A DNA stretch of 63,379 nucleotides from the NCBI GenBank assembly GCA_964390305.1, contig CAYMHT010000004.1:1-63379 (forward strand). Direction: 5' to 3'. Position numbers and translations under genes: made by a program. The notes below the pieces were generated by a model. The model ran no database searches. It saw nothing but the letters and a program-made list of their open reading frames with translations, and had not been told where the DNA came from. Source of the DNA: an uncultured Anaerolineales bacterium. GTDB taxonomy: Bacteria > Chloroflexota > Anaerolineae > B4-G1. Position 1 is the first letter of the stretch; each line of letters begins with the position of its first letter. Of the stretch, positions 53,285-63,332 are shown in pieces.

Positions 53285-54484
53285 TTGGCGAACTCTAAGC
53301 CGATCAACTTGACCACGGTGAAGCGAGATCCTGCATTTGTCGATCGTCTGGCTGCGAGGAGCTGGCTTATCAGGCGTTGTATCCAATGCGGCACTTGTTC
53401 TGCTGTTTGCCCTACTGCTTATGCAATGGACTATACCCCGCGCCAGGTGTGGCGCCTGCTGCAACTTGGGTTTGTAGAGGAAGTACTGAACAGTCACACT
53501 TTCTGGCTCTGCACGGTATGTGCGTCCTGCCAGGTCCGTTGTCCACGGGATATTGAAATTATGGACGCGATGCTTGCGCTCAAGGAGTGGGCCACCCGCG
53601 AAGGTATCCTCGTTCCAGAGGGGCTGAAGACACTCGCTGATACGGTTGAGCATCAGCACAATATCTCCGGCGACCACAACAGCACTCGTCTCATCTGGAG
53701 CGGGAATCTCGAGAATCCGCCGTTGGGGGTGAACCCACCGCGAGAGGTTGCTGAGGTAGTCTACTTCGTCGGTTGTGTAAGTTCATTCTACCCCCGGACC
53801 TACTCCATTCCTCAAGCGCTGGTCCAGGTGATGGATTGGGCTGGGGTCGTGTTCACGACTCTGGGCGGGGAGGAATGGTGCTGTGGTTACCCGCTCTACG
53901 TGGCCGGGATGCGTGACCAGATGACGGACCTGGTGCAGCACAACTTGAAGAGCGTCCGGGCGGTCGGCGCAAAGAAAGTTGTCTTCACGTGTCCCTCCTG
54001 CTACTACGCCTGGTCCCATGTCTACCCGGAGATGGCTGATACATCAGACCTTCAGTTCTTGCACGCCACGGAGTTCCTGAACGAGTTCCTGGATCAGAAC
54101 CAGCTGCTACTGGGGCCTGTGGAGGAGACGGTAACGTACCATGACCCGTGCGATCTCGGACGGAAGTGCGGTGTATATGATGCACCACGGGAGTTACTGC
54201 GCGCGATCCCTGGTCTGGAACTCCGCGAGATGTCGATGAACCGAGAGACCGCGCTCTGTTGCGGAGGGGGAGGCGACATCGAGAGCGTAGATCCTGAGGT
54301 CGGGGCTGAGGTAGGGGCGATGCGCATAGCACAAGTTGAGGCCACGGGGGCCAAGTACGTTGCCTCTGCTTGTCAACAGTGCAAACGTACCCTGCAAGAA
54401 GGTGCGCGCAAGAACCGTATTCGGGTCCGAGCTGTCGACGTAGTGGAGTTGCTCTGGCGTTCGGTCCAGGCGGCGGAGAAGTGA
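53285..54484 (+). CDS. HdrD/GlcF-type iron-sulfur protein (2 x [4Fe-4S] ferredoxin motifs + two CCG cysteine-rich domains)
   Basis: 399 aa, TTG start 6 nt after AGGAGG. CIQCGTCSAVCP and CTVCASCQVRCP. CCG-type segments EEWCCGYP...FTCPSCYY and YHDPCDLGR...ALCCGGGGD...SACQQCK. Confidence 0.85.
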   Translation: MANSKPINLTTVKRDPAFVDRLAARSWLIRRCIQCGTCSAVCPTAYAMDYTPRQVWRLLQLGFVEEVLNSHTFWLCTVCASCQVRCPRDIEIMDAMLALKEWATREGILVPEGLKTLADTVEHQHNISGDHNSTRLIWSGNLENPPLGVNPPREVAEVVYFVGCVSSFYPRTYSIPQALVQVMDWAGVVFTTLGGEEWCCGYPLYVAGMRDQMTDLVQHNLKSVRAVGAKKVVFTCPSCYYAWSHVYPEMADTSDLQFLHATEFLNEFLDQNQLLLGPVEETVTYHDPCDLGRKCGVYDAPRELLRAIPGLELREMSMNRETALCCGGGGDIESVDPEVGAEVGAMRIAQVEATGAKYVASACQQCKRTLQEGARKNRIRVRAVDVVELLWRSVQAAEK

Positions 54485-54540
54485 GAAGTGCTGCGATGGG
54501 CGGTTGCTGAGCTCTTTCTTGCGCCTACCCTGGGGGTAGC

Positions 54541-55599
54541 ATGAAGCTTAACCGTCTTGAAACCGTCTCGTGGCAGGACTCTCAGCTCCTCTACCACGCC
54601 CAGCCACGCCTGGCCCGCGAAGGGCTGAATCTTCTGGCCCCTGCCGCACCGTACGTCTGCATTGGCTGCTTTCAGGACGTGGAGCAGGAGGTCGACCTAG
54701 CCTACTGTCGCGAGAACGACATTCCCATTTTCCGGCGTGAGGTCGGCGGCGGGGCGGTCTTTCTGGACGGGGATCAGCTCTTCTTCCAGCTGGTCATCCA
54801 CCGGCGTAATCCTTTGGTCCCCGCTGGTGGAAAGCTGGCCTTCTACCGCGCGTTCCTGGAAGCTCCTATAGAGGCATATCGCGCACTCGGTGTGCCTGCT
54901 GAGTACCGCCAGGTAAACGACATCGTTGCCAACGGCCGCAAGATCTCCGGGTGCGGGGCAGGGGAGATCGGGGATTACTACGTCCTGGTCGGCAATCTGA
55001 TCGTCGACTTCGACTACGAGATGATGGCCCGTGTGCTCAATGTCCCCGATGAGAAGTTCCGCGACAAGGTCTATCGGACGATTCGTGAGAACCTCTCTAC
55101 GATCAAGCGGGAGCTCGGTTATGTCCCCCCGCGTGCGGCGCTATGGTCAATGATGGCCGACAAGTTCGGCGAGATCCTGGGGCCACTGCAGGTGCAGACC
55201 GCGGTCGACGGGCCTTGGCGGGCCGAGGCCGATGCGCTGGCGAAGCGATTGATGAGCGATGCGTGGCTCCACCGGAAGGGACGCCCCCAAGTTGGCCGGG
55301 ATGTGAGGATCCGTGCCGGGGTCAACCTCCTCGAGCGCATGCATAAGGCGCCCGGTGGTCTTCTTCGTGCCGTCGCGGAGGTGCGAGAGGGGGTGGTCAC
55401 GACGGTCTCCATATCCGGAGATTTTTTCTTCTATCCCGAGGGGCGGTTGGAGGATTTGGAGGCAGCGTTGATCGGCGTGCCGCTGGAGGAGGTAGAACAG
55501 GCGGTGGAGCGATTCTACGCGGAGAACCGTATCGAGAGTCCCGGCGTCACACCCCGCGACTTCGCCCGCGTACTCACCGTGGGAGCTAGGGTGCCATAA
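54541..55599 (+). CDS. lipoate--protein ligase family protein (catalytic + C-terminal accessory domain in one polypeptide)
   Basis: 352 aa. BPL/LPL catalytic-domain features (FRREVGGGAVFLDGDQLFFQLV, NGRKISGCGAGEIG with the conserved Lys) and an LplA-type C-terminal domain (VSISGDFFFYPEG...). Confidence 0.85.
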   Translation: MKLNRLETVSWQDSQLLYHAQPRLAREGLNLLAPAAPYVCIGCFQDVEQEVDLAYCRENDIPIFRREVGGGAVFLDGDQLFFQLVIHRRNPLVPAGGKLAFYRAFLEAPIEAYRALGVPAEYRQVNDIVANGRKISGCGAGEIGDYYVLVGNLIVDFDYEMMARVLNVPDEKFRDKVYRTIRENLSTIKRELGYVPPRAALWSMMADKFGEILGPLQVQTAVDGPWRAEADALAKRLMSDAWLHRKGRPQVGRDVRIRAGVNLLERMHKAPGGLLRAVAEVREGVVTTVSISGDFFFYPEGRLEDLEAALIGVPLEEVEQAVERFYAENRIESPGVTPRDFARVLTVGARVP

Positions 55600-55806
55600 C
55601 CAGCTTCAAAGCCCTCCTGTGCGCAGAGACAGCCCCTCGGAATGAGGTTCTGAGGCTTCCCGGAAGGGGAGCCCTCGGGGCGGGGACGGGAGTTGGAGCC
55701 TTAAGGTGGTGGACGGGGCTTGTCGCGGGCCGATGGCAACGTCTGCTGCTGCTCATCGCAGCGGGGCTTGGTGCGGGACTTGGGGACGAAGAGTGGACCC
55801 GGCGAG

Positions 55807-55835
55807 TTGCTGGGGGCGGGCGTTGCTGCTATAAT
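55807..55835 (+). promoter_or_regulatory. sigma-70-type promoter candidate for the histidine kinase/response regulator pair
   Basis: TTGCTG (55807-55812), 17 nt, TATAAT (55830-55835), preceded by TGC. Confidence 0.6.
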
Positions 55836-55860
55836 AAACTAGAACCGGATAAAGGAAAGG

Positions 55861-57291
55861 TTGGATGGCGTGGTTTGGCTGCGAGGCGTTCTCGCGTCTC
55901 ATCACACGATGCTGGCACTCCTGCAGGGCCAGGCTTTCTTTGTACTCGGCTTCGCGATCCTTCTTCTGACACGTCGGGGCATTCGGCTGGAGCTCGCCGG
56001 CGAGCTTGCGCCTCTGGCCGCCTTCGGGTTCTGTGAGGCAGCGGTCGCCTGGGTCACCGCCTGGCTTGGGAGCGCCGAGGCAGCCCCGTTATGGCTCGCA
56101 TCGTGTCGACTGATCTTCGTGGGTCTTGAGGCCGTGTTCCTGCTTGGTTTCGCCTTGCAGGTCTGTATGCCTGCCGGTGGCCGAGATCGACAGCGCTGGT
56201 CGGTGGCCGGGGTGCTTTTTCTGGGGTGGGGGCTGGCGCTCATCGTCATGAGCGCCTCCGGGGTCCCCCGGGGGCGGGTGACTGTTATCGGAGAGATCGC
56301 TGCACGCTACGGATTCGTGCTTCCAGGCGGCTTGCTCGGCGCGTGGGCGCTCCGCCACGAGATGTATCGGACGATTGAACCGGCCCGCTGGAGATTGGTG
56401 AAGCCACCTTTGCGCATTGGGGGGCTCGGCCTGGCGACCTTCGCTCTCTTCGGGGGGCTGATCGGCCCGGCTGGGCCGTTTTTCCCAGCCAATCTTATCA
56501 ATGAAGATCTGCTTCTGAACTCCACGGGGGTTCCGATTGCACTCCCTCGGTCCCTTTCGGGCGTTGCGATCACCCTGAGCATGGTGCAGACGCTGAGTGC
56601 CATCTTGAACGAAATCGAGATGTGGTTGGAGAGTGTGGAGCGCATGCATGCTCTGGTCGACGAGCGGGAGCGGATTGGACGTGAGTTGCACGACGGCATC
56701 ATTCAATCTATCTACGCCTCTGGTCTGATCTTGGAGGGCGCTCGACAGAACATCGGCGGAGATCCGGGTCGCGCGCGAGATCAGTTGACCCAGGCGATCG
56801 AGAATCTGAATAAGACCATTCAGGACATCCGGCGCTATATCTTCGATCTCCGTGGCGAGCTTCCCCAAGATGATCTGCGCACCGGTTTGCGCAAGATATT
56901 GAAGGATTTCCGCGTCAACACCCTCTTGGAGATTGAGTTTGACGTAAGCGGGGATGGCGCGAGGCAGTTCGACGCGGAGCGTCGACAGCACGTCTTCCAG
57001 ATCGCGCGGGAGGCGCTGACCAACGTGGCTCGGCATGCGCACGCTCGGACAGTGCGGGTTCATCTGGAATATGGGCCCAGCGCGCTGCAGCTCACCATCT
57101 CTGATGATGGGGTTGGACTCTCGGGGCTTCCCGACACCAATGGACACGGGTTGCGTAACATCCGCGAACGAGTCCGTTTGCTCAATGGGATGCTGGACAT
57201 CCAGACTGCGGCCGACGAGGGATTGAGCCTCGTCCTCACGGTGCCTTACCGGCAGCGCATAGGCGCGCGAGCTCGTGGAGAAGAGGCGTAG
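55861..57291 (+). CDS. sensor histidine kinase (HisKA_3/NarL-partner class) with polytopic membrane sensor domain
   Basis: About 240 aa of TM helices, then H-box RIGRELHDGIIQSIY, N-box EALTNVARHA, DDGVGL, GHGLRNIRERV. TTG 55861 after GGAAAGG; ATG 55909 is an alternative. Confidence 0.88.
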   Translation: MDGVVWLRGVLASHHTMLALLQGQAFFVLGFAILLLTRRGIRLELAGELAPLAAFGFCEAAVAWVTAWLGSAEAAPLWLASCRLIFVGLEAVFLLGFALQVCMPAGGRDRQRWSVAGVLFLGWGLALIVMSASGVPRGRVTVIGEIAARYGFVLPGGLLGAWALRHEMYRTIEPARWRLVKPPLRIGGLGLATFALFGGLIGPAGPFFPANLINEDLLLNSTGVPIALPRSLSGVAITLSMVQTLSAILNEIEMWLESVERMHALVDERERIGRELHDGIIQSIYASGLILEGARQNIGGDPGRARDQLTQAIENLNKTIQDIRRYIFDLRGELPQDDLRTGLRKILKDFRVNTLLEIEFDVSGDGARQFDAERRQHVFQIAREALTNVARHAHARTVRVHLEYGPSALQLTISDDGVGLSGLPDTNGHGLRNIRERVRLLNGMLDIQTAADEGLSLVLTVPYRQRIGARARGEEA

Positions 57292-57406
57292 AGAAGCGTG
57301 AAAAGACGGCATCCGTCCCCGCCGCGGGGCGCTCCCTGTGAGATTCTCGCCGATCCTCCTCTCGAAGCCGCTGGAGGCCGGGTTCTTAGACAACGTCAAG
57401 TCACTC

Positions 57407-58057
57407 ATGTCGCTTGAGATATTGATCGCCGACGATCATGAAGTCGTAAGGCTTGGTCTGCGCACCCTGATTGAGAGCCATTCAGGTTTCTCGGTCGTGG
57501 GTGAGGCAGCCACGGTCAGGGACGCGGTGCGGGAGACATTGCTGCTCCGGCCTGATGTTGTTGTGATGGACATTCGGCTGCTGGGAGGTAGCGGCATAGA
57601 TGCTTGCGAGCAGATACTTGAGCAGGCGCCGGGTACGAAGGTGATCATGCTCACGTCCTATGCAGAGGATGAAATGCTGTTCGACGCCATTGCCGCGGGG
57701 GCGTGTGGTTATGTGCTCAAGCAGATTGGCAACGAGGATCTTATCCGGGCCCTGGAGACGGTGGCCAGAGGGGAGGCACTCCTAGATCCAGCCCTGACGC
57801 AGCGGGTGTTCGACCGGGTCCGAGAGGCGGCGCGCAGAGAGCACGGGGAGGCCTTCGCCGGGCTGACGGAACAGGAGATGCGGGTCCTGGCTCAGGTGGC
57901 CGAGGGCAGGACAAATCGTGAGGTTGCCGAGAAGCTCTACCTGGGTGAAGGGACAGTCAGGAACTACGTCAGCAGTATCCTCAGCAAGCTCGGTCTTTCG
58001 AATCGCACCGAGGCGGCCGCGTACGCGGTGAAGCACAAACTGGAAGAATTTCTCTAG
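57407..58057 (+). CDS. NarL/LuxR-family response regulator
   Basis: Receiver [14 protein letters not shown] ... VVVMDIRL ... KVIMLTS. Lux[51 protein letters not shown] 57407 chosen over the longer ORF start. Confidence 0.92.
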   Translation: MSLEILIADDHEVVRLGLRTLIESHSGFSVVGEAATVRDAVRETLLLRPDVVVMDIRLLGGSGIDACEQILEQAPGTKVIMLTSYAEDEMLFDAIAAGACGYVLKQIGNEDLIRALETVARGEALLDPALTQRVFDRVREAARREHGEAFAGLTEQEMRVLAQVAEGRTNREVAEKLYLGEGTVRNYVSSILSKLGLSNRTEAAAYAVKHKLEEFL

Positions 58058-58101
58058 ACGACCGCTGTGCCACAGGGCACAGTCGGGATGTGGCCGCTAA
58101 A

Positions 58102-58142
58102 CGCGAGAGGGCCAGGTAACACAAGCGCCTGGCCCTCTCGCG
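58102..58142. terminator. perfect 15-bp hairpin between convergent genes (no clear U tract)
   Basis: CGCGAGAGGGCCAGG-taacacaagcg-CCTGGCCCTCTCGCG between the response regulator (+) and lepB (-) ends. Confidence 0.45.
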
Positions 58143-58157
58143 GTCTGTATAAGCGCC

Positions 58158-58739
58158 CTATCCGACGAATCCGAGGTCCTCTGGAGGCCAGTACGAGATC
58201 CAGGCGTGTCCCACGATATCCTCGATCGGCACAGGGCCGAAGTTGCGGGAGTCGTTGGACGCACCACGGTTGTCACCCAGGACAAACACGTGCAGCGGCG
58301 GGATGGTGCTCGGTCCGTAGTGCCCTCCGCCTGGCTTGACTGGCCATGGTTCCTCAAGCCGTTCGCCGTTGATGAAGACCCACCCATCCCTCACCTCGAC
58401 AGTCTCCCCCGGCAAGCCGACGACGCGTTTGATCAGCATCTCATTCTGACCCGAGGAGTCGACGACGACGACGTCACCTCGACGCGGGCCATGGAACCGA
58501 TACGTGATCTTCTCAATCACGACCCGCTGTGAACTGTGCAAGGTCGGTTCCATGCTCTGACCCAGGACCTGGGTGGCCTGCGCCAGGAAGAGGTTGATGA
58601 ACAGCGCGATGACTACGGCGGGAATCACGGTCTCGCCGATCTCGCGCGCTGCGCGCAGCAGCCAGCCTAACGCGCGAGATCCAGGACGGCTTGACCGCGG
58701 TCCGCCCGTGGTTCCTGGTTCAAGGGCGGTGTCTTTCAT
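58158..58739 (-). CDS. lepB: signal peptidase I
   Basis: GQSMEPTL (catalytic Ser), IKRVVGLPGE (Lys box), VLGDNRGASNDSR. Confidence 0.92.
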   Translation of the reverse strand: MKDTALEPGTTGGPRSSRPGSRALGWLLRAAREIGETVIPAVVIALFINLFLAQATQVLGQSMEPTLHSSQRVVIEKITYRFHGPRRGDVVVVDSSGQNEMLIKRVVGLPGETVEVRDGWVFINGERLEEPWPVKPGGGHYGPSTIPPLHVFVLGDNRGASNDSRNFGPVPIEDIVGHAWISYWPPEDLGFVG

Positions 58740-58769
58740 GTCTGTTCTCGGTTCGCTGCCTGGCGTGCC

Positions 58770-60908
58770 CTACCGCCGGCTTCGCCCACCGCCAGGCCTG
58801 TCAGCAGCCCGGGCCTCCTCAGGGGTCCATCCTTTGAGCACAGCCTGTCGCGACAGACGAATCTTCCCGTCACGGTCGATGTTTGTCACCATGACCATGA
58901 TCTCGTCGCCGACCTGAACCACATCCTTGACACTGTCGACGTACTCGTCGGAGAGCTGGGAGATGTGGACCATCCCGTCGGTGTTGGGCAGAATCTCGAC
59001 GAAGGCGCCGAAATCTGCCGTGCGTACCACACGCCCAGTATAGATCTGACCAACCTCCGGCTCCTCGGTAAGAGCCTCGATCATGGCCTGTGCCTTCTCG
59101 GCGCACGGCCCACTGGTGGCGGCGATGTAGATGGTGCCGTCGTCCTGGATGTCCACGCTTACGTCGCACTCTTCCTCGATCGAGCGGACGGTTTCGCCAC
59201 CCGACCCGATAACAGCACCGAGCTTGTCGGGATCTACCTGAATAATGGTCATCCGCGGCGCGTAGGGCGAGAGATCTTCGCGCGGCTCGGGAATGGCCTC
59301 AGTCATCACGTCCAGAATCTGGAGCCGTGCGTCGCGCGCCTGTGCCAATGCCTCTTCCAGCAGCTCGTAGGAGATTCCCCCGATCTTGATGTCCATCTGC
59401 AGTGCTGTGACTCCCTCTCGAGTGCCGGCGACCTTGAAGTCCATATCGCCAATGTGGTCCTCCAGACCTTGAATATCTGTCAGGATCTGGTAGCGGTCGT
59501 CCTCCTTCATCAGGCCCATCGCGATCCCCCCGACCGGCGCCTTGATTGGCACACCAGCGTCCATGAGGGCCAGAGTGCTGCCGCAGACGCTTGCCATAGA
59601 GGTCGAACCGTTGGAGCTGAGGACATCGCTCACCACACGCAGCGTGTAGGCGAAGTCATCCTCATCTGGGAGCACCGGCCGCAGAGCGTACTCGCCCAGC
59701 GCGCCGTGTCCAATCTCACGTCGTTTGGGGCCGCGCAGCGGCCAGGTCTCGCCGGTCGAATAGGGCGGGAAGTTGTAGTGGTGCATGTACCGCTTCCTCT
59801 CGCGGGGCGAGAGGTCATCAATCATCTGTTCCTCGCGGGGCGTGCCCAGCGTGACGACAGACAGCACCTGAGTCTCACCCCGGGTGAACAGTCCGGATCC
59901 GTGAGCTCGAGGCAGCAACCCCACCTCGGCGGACAGAGGACGTATCTCATCTGGCCTACGCCTGTCGGCGCGGATGCCCTCGTTGATGGTCCGTTCGCGG
60001 ATGACGTCGCGCATCACGTTGTCGAGCGCCTCCTTAATGACGTTCTCCTCCCAGGCTTCCTCGAAGCGCGCCACCATCTCGTCTTGCAGCTCACGGACTC
60101 GGTTATCACGGTCCTTCTTGTTCTCGGCCTCGTAGACAGCCTCTTCGATCTGCGCGCCTGCCTCCTGGCGCACCCTGTCGACCAGTTCCTCAGGCACCAC
60201 GCCATAGAGCCTGTACTCTCGTTTTGGCTTGCCGACGCTCTCTCGCATCTGCTCCTGGACGCGGATCGTGTCCTGGATCGCCTCGTGCCCGGAGCGAAGC
60301 GCCTCTACGAGGACGTGCTCCTCGACCTCACTGGCGTTAGCCTCCACCATCAGTATGGCCTCGGCCGTGCCAGCCAACCTCAAGTCGAGTGCGCTTTCTT
60401 CCATCTCCAGGAGGGTCGGGTCTATGATCAACTCACTCCCGACGTATCCTACCCGCGTTGCCCCGATTGGACCGTCGAACGGAACGTCGGAGATGGTCAA
60501 CGCTGCCGACGCCCCAAGAATGGACAGGATGTCCGACGCGTGCTTCTCATCCTGCGAGAGCGGCGTGATGATCACCTGCACGTCGTTGCGCATCTTCTTG
60601 GGGAACAGGGGCCGGAGCGGACGATCGGTCAGTCGCGCGATCAGCGTAGCCGATTCGGGCGGTCGTCCCTCGCGGCGAAAGAATGAACCGGGGATACGGC
60701 CTGCCGCATAGAGCCGTTCCTCGAAGTCAACGGTGAGGGGAAAGAAACTGATTCCCTCACGGACGTCGTGTGACATTGTCGCCGTGACCAGCAACTTCGT
60801 GTCGCCGGACGTTATCGTAACAGCACCACCTGCTTGCTGGGCTACCTTGCCCGTCTCAAACGTCAGGACGTGCTCTCCCAACTCTGTGGTGAACGTTTTG
60901 CCATTCAC
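58770..60908 (-). CDS. pnp: polyribonucleotide nucleotidyltransferase (PNPase)
   Basis: 712 aa. Two RNase PH domains (FRREGRP, GSTSMASVCG), KH (VIGSGGETVRSI) and S1 (GRVVRTADFGAFVEI) domains. GTG start after GGAGGT. Confidence 0.96.
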   Translation of the reverse strand: MNGKTFTTELGEHVLTFETGKVAQQAGGAVTITSGDTKLLVTATMSHDVREGISFFPLTVDFEERLYAAGRIPGSFFRREGRPPESATLIARLTDRPLRPLFPKKMRNDVQVIITPLSQDEKHASDILSILGASAALTISDVPFDGPIGATRVGYVGSELIIDPTLLEMEESALDLRLAGTAEAILMVEANASEVEEHVLVEALRSGHEAIQDTIRVQEQMRESVGKPKREYRLYGVVPEELVDRVRQEAGAQIEEAVYEAENKKDRDNRVRELQDEMVARFEEAWEENVIKEALDNVMRDVIRERTINEGIRADRRRPDEIRPLSAEVGLLPRAHGSGLFTRGETQVLSVVTLGTPREEQMIDDLSPRERKRYMHHYNFPPYSTGETWPLRGPKRREIGHGALGEYALRPVLPDEDDFAYTLRVVSDVLSSNGSTSMASVCGSTLALMDAGVPIKAPVGGIAMGLMKEDDRYQILTDIQGLEDHIGDMDFKVAGTREGVTALQMDIKIGGISYELLEEALAQARDARLQILDVMTEAIPEPREDLSPYAPRMTIIQVDPDKLGAVIGSGGETVRSIEEECDVSVDIQDDGTIYIAATSGPCAEKAQAMIEALTEEPEVGQIYTGRVVRTADFGAFVEILPNTDGMVHISQLSDEYVDSVKDVVQVGDEIMVMVTNIDRDGKIRLSRQAVLKGWTPEEARAADRPGGGRSRR

Positions 60909-60927
60909 TTATGTACCTCCATGTCTA

Positions 60928-61020
60928 AGACCAGACGCAGAGGTTCAGGGACTGGGGGGTGCCTCGTAGCAACCACCTCGCTACGCTCCACCCCCCAATT
61001 CCTGGCCCCGCATCTGGTCT
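60928..61020 (-). promoter_or_regulatory. long irregular hairpin in the pnp leader (RNase III-type processing/autoregulation site candidate)
   Basis: Outer arms AGACCAGA(C)GC (60928-60938) and GC(A)TCTGGTCT (61010-61020). Inner TGGGGGGTG pairs with CACCCCCCA. Sits between the rpsO terminator and the pnp SD. Confidence 0.45.
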
Positions 61021-61030
61021 GGCTCACTTC

Positions 61031-61079
61031 CAGAAAATGCCAAACGAGTAGATGACTGAACACGCTCAGATCTACTCGT
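61031..61079 (-). terminator. intrinsic terminator after rpsO
   Basis: Minus-strand RNA ACGAGUAGAU - 16-nt loop - AUCUACUCGU followed by UUGGCAUUUUCUG. Confidence 0.7.
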
Positions 61080-61107
61080 CTGATTCACCTTGCTTCTTCT
61101 TGTACGG

Positions 61108-61377
61108 CTATCTACGTAGCCCGAGGCGCTTGATGATCTCCTTGTAGCGTGCCGGGCTCTCGCGACTAAGGTAGGTTAGGTGACGGCGCCGCTGGCCCAC
61201 CATCTTGATCAGGCCCCGACGGGAATGCTCATCATGCTTGTGCTCTTTCAGGTGTTCCGTCAGTTGACTGATGCGGGTTGTGAGCAGGGCAATCTGTACC
61301 TCTGGTGAGCCCGTGTCGTTCGGCCCGCGTCCGTACTCCTCGATAATTGCTTCCTTTTCGCCTTTGCTCAGCGACAC
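61108..61377 (-). CDS. rpsO: 30S ribosomal protein S15
   Basis: 89 aa from GTG 61377 (AAGGAGGA 5 nt upstream). [68 protein letters not shown]. The 224-aa track ORF is an artefactual extension. Confidence 0.95.
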   Translation of the reverse strand: MSLSKGEKEAIIEEYGRGPNDTGSPEVQIALLTTRISQLTEHLKEHKHDEHSRRGLIKMVGQRRRHLTYLSRESPARYKEIIKRLGLRR

Positions 61378-61417
61378 AACGTCCTCCTTGGCTATCTCCA
61401 TCAATCTGACAGCACAG

Positions 61418-61446
61418 ATTCTACCACGCTTGGGCGCTCCACGCAA
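61418..61446 (-). promoter_or_regulatory. sigma-70-type promoter candidate for rpsO-pnp
   Basis: Minus strand TTGCGT (61446-61441), 17 nt, TAGAAT (61423-61418), preceded by TGG. Confidence 0.6.
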
Positions 61447-61485
61447 GCTCAACACAGGAGAGACGCCGCCCCACGTGACGCCAGT

Positions 61486-61514
61486 TTGTAGACCTGACTG
61501 AATCACGGTAGAAT
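61486..61514 (+). promoter_or_regulatory. sigma-70-type promoter candidate for murJ
   Basis: TTGTAG (61486-61491), 17 nt, TAGAAT (61509-61514). Divergent from the rpsO promoter. Confidence 0.5.
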
Positions 61515-61540
61515 CAAGTCCTTGTCCGGGTGGCCAACCG

Positions 61541-63163
61541 TTGCCTCCTCTCCACGATGGGGACCGCCATTGCCGACAGCAGGGGTACAAGAGCTTGACT
61601 GAAACAGAGGATACGCTGCTCCGAGATGGCGTCGAGGTCGCGCAGGCAGCGACGATCATCGCGGTGGGTAATGTTGGCAGCCGCGTGCTCGGTCTGGTTC
61701 GGGAGATTGTGAAGGCCGACCTCTTTGGCGCAGGGGGCAACGTGAGCGCCCTGGACACTGCCATGGCGCTCCCCAAGATCATCTACGCACTCGTCGTAGG
61801 CGGGATGATCAACTCCGCCCTCATTCCCGTCCTCTCTGACTACGCTGCTCCGGAGCGCCGCGCTGAGCTCTGGCACCTCCTTAGCCTTCTCCTCGGTGTT
61901 GTCACGGTAGTTGTATCGGCCTTCGTACTGCTTGGCGAGGTGTTCACCCCACAGTTGATCTGGCTGTCCGCCGGCGGGCTGCCCATTGCCGATCAGCAGC
62001 TGGCCACCAGGCTACTCCGCATCATGCTGCCTGGAGTCCTTTTCTTGAGCTTGGCCAGTGTTCTGTCCGGTGCCCTTTACGCGCTCAATCGGTTCACGTT
62101 CCCTGCCCTCACCGCCGCTGTCTTCAACGTCGCGATGGTCGTCGTCGCCCTGGCGCTCGGAAGAAACGGCTGGGGCGTGCGGAGCATGGCCCTGGGTCTC
62201 TTGGTTGGCTCATTCCTTCAGGTCGTCCTCCAGTTGCCTGGACTGCGCGACGCGCGTCTCCGCCTTAGCTTTAGTCTGGAACATCCCGCTCTCCGGCGCA
62301 TTGGGCGGCTCTACTTGCCGATCCTGGCTGGACTGGCAGTCGACAAGCTGGCCGAGCTGCTCAGCTACCGGCTGGCCTCTCACACGGGCCCTGCGTCGCC
62401 CGCCTGGATGACCTACTCGGCGACGATCATCCAGTTCCCGCTGGGCTTGGTCGGTACGGCTATCTCCATTGCCATCCTGCCCACGCTCTCCCGCCAGGCC
62501 AACAAGGGACAGCCTGACCGGTTTGCGGCGACGCTCGCCCAGGGCCTCCGCTTGGTCGTGGCGTTGATGGTGCCCGCGACGGTCGGGCTTTGGGTCCTGT
62601 CGACGCCAATCGTCAAGCTGGTCTTTGAGCACGGCGGCTTCACCTCCACCGATACCCTCGCGACGGTGGGAGCGCTGCGTCTTCACCTTCTCGGGCTTAC
62701 CTTCGCGGCGGTCGATCAGCCCCTCATTTTCTCTTTCTATGCTCGCAAAGACACCTGGACGCCAGCGGTCGTGGGCGTCGTGACGGTTCTGCTATATGTG
62801 GTCCTGGCGCTTGCGCCGAGCCTGTTTGCTCCCTTGACGCTCAATCGACTCATCTTGGCCAACTCTATCAAATGGGCCGCGCACGCCTTGCTGATGCTCT
62901 TTCTGCTGCAGCGGCGAGTGGGCGGGCTGGGTGGTCGGGGTGTCTGGAAGACGGTGTTCACCGCTGTTCCCCTCTCCGCGGTGATGGGCGTCGTCGTCCA
63001 CTTCATCGCCCTGGAAATGGCGCCCATCGTTCCGCCCGGTACGTGGGGGGAGCTTCTTCTCGTTGGCGCTTCTGGTCTGGCCGGCGTGGGGATCTATGGC
63101 CTGCTGGCCTTCCTCTTCGGCATGGACGAGATTCGGCTGTTGAGCCGGGCGGTCCTTGGTTGA
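61541..63163 (+). CDS. murJ: lipid II flippase MurJ (MviN family)
   Basis: About 14 TM helices. N-terminal [62 protein letters not shown]. Start uncertain (GTG 61541 or TTG 61595). Confidence 0.9.
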   Translation: MPPLHDGDRHCRQQGYKSLTETEDTLLRDGVEVAQAATIIAVGNVGSRVLGLVREIVKADLFGAGGNVSALDTAMALPKIIYALVVGGMINSALIPVLSDYAAPERRAELWHLLSLLLGVVTVVVSAFVLLGEVFTPQLIWLSAGGLPIADQQLATRLLRIMLPGVLFLSLASVLSGALYALNRFTFPALTAAVFNVAMVVVALALGRNGWGVRSMALGLLVGSFLQVVLQLPGLRDARLRLSFSLEHPALRRIGRLYLPILAGLAVDKLAELLSYRLASHTGPASPAWMTYSATIIQFPLGLVGTAISIAILPTLSRQANKGQPDRFAATLAQGLRLVVALMVPATVGLWVLSTPIVKLVFEHGGFTSTDTLATVGALRLHLLGLTFAAVDQPLIFSFYARKDTWTPAVVGVVTVLLYVVLALAPSLFAPLTLNRLILANSIKWAAHALLMLFLLQRRVGGLGGRGVWKTVFTAVPLSAVMGVVVHFIALEMAPIVPPGTWGELLLVGASGLAGVGIYGLLAFLFGMDEIRLLSRAVLG

Positions 63164-63332
63164 CAGACGAACCCCGACCCCGTGCAGTCCTTAATGTTCG
63201 TCCGTCACCCGGATATCAGGATTCCCTCCCGCCTAGGGACGTGCCTCTAGGCCGTGGACGAGGAGCTTGGGGGGGAGTCAGTGGGTGGCGCCTGTCTCGT
63301 TTCCAGACTTCTGAAACCGACCAGATCGCGAT

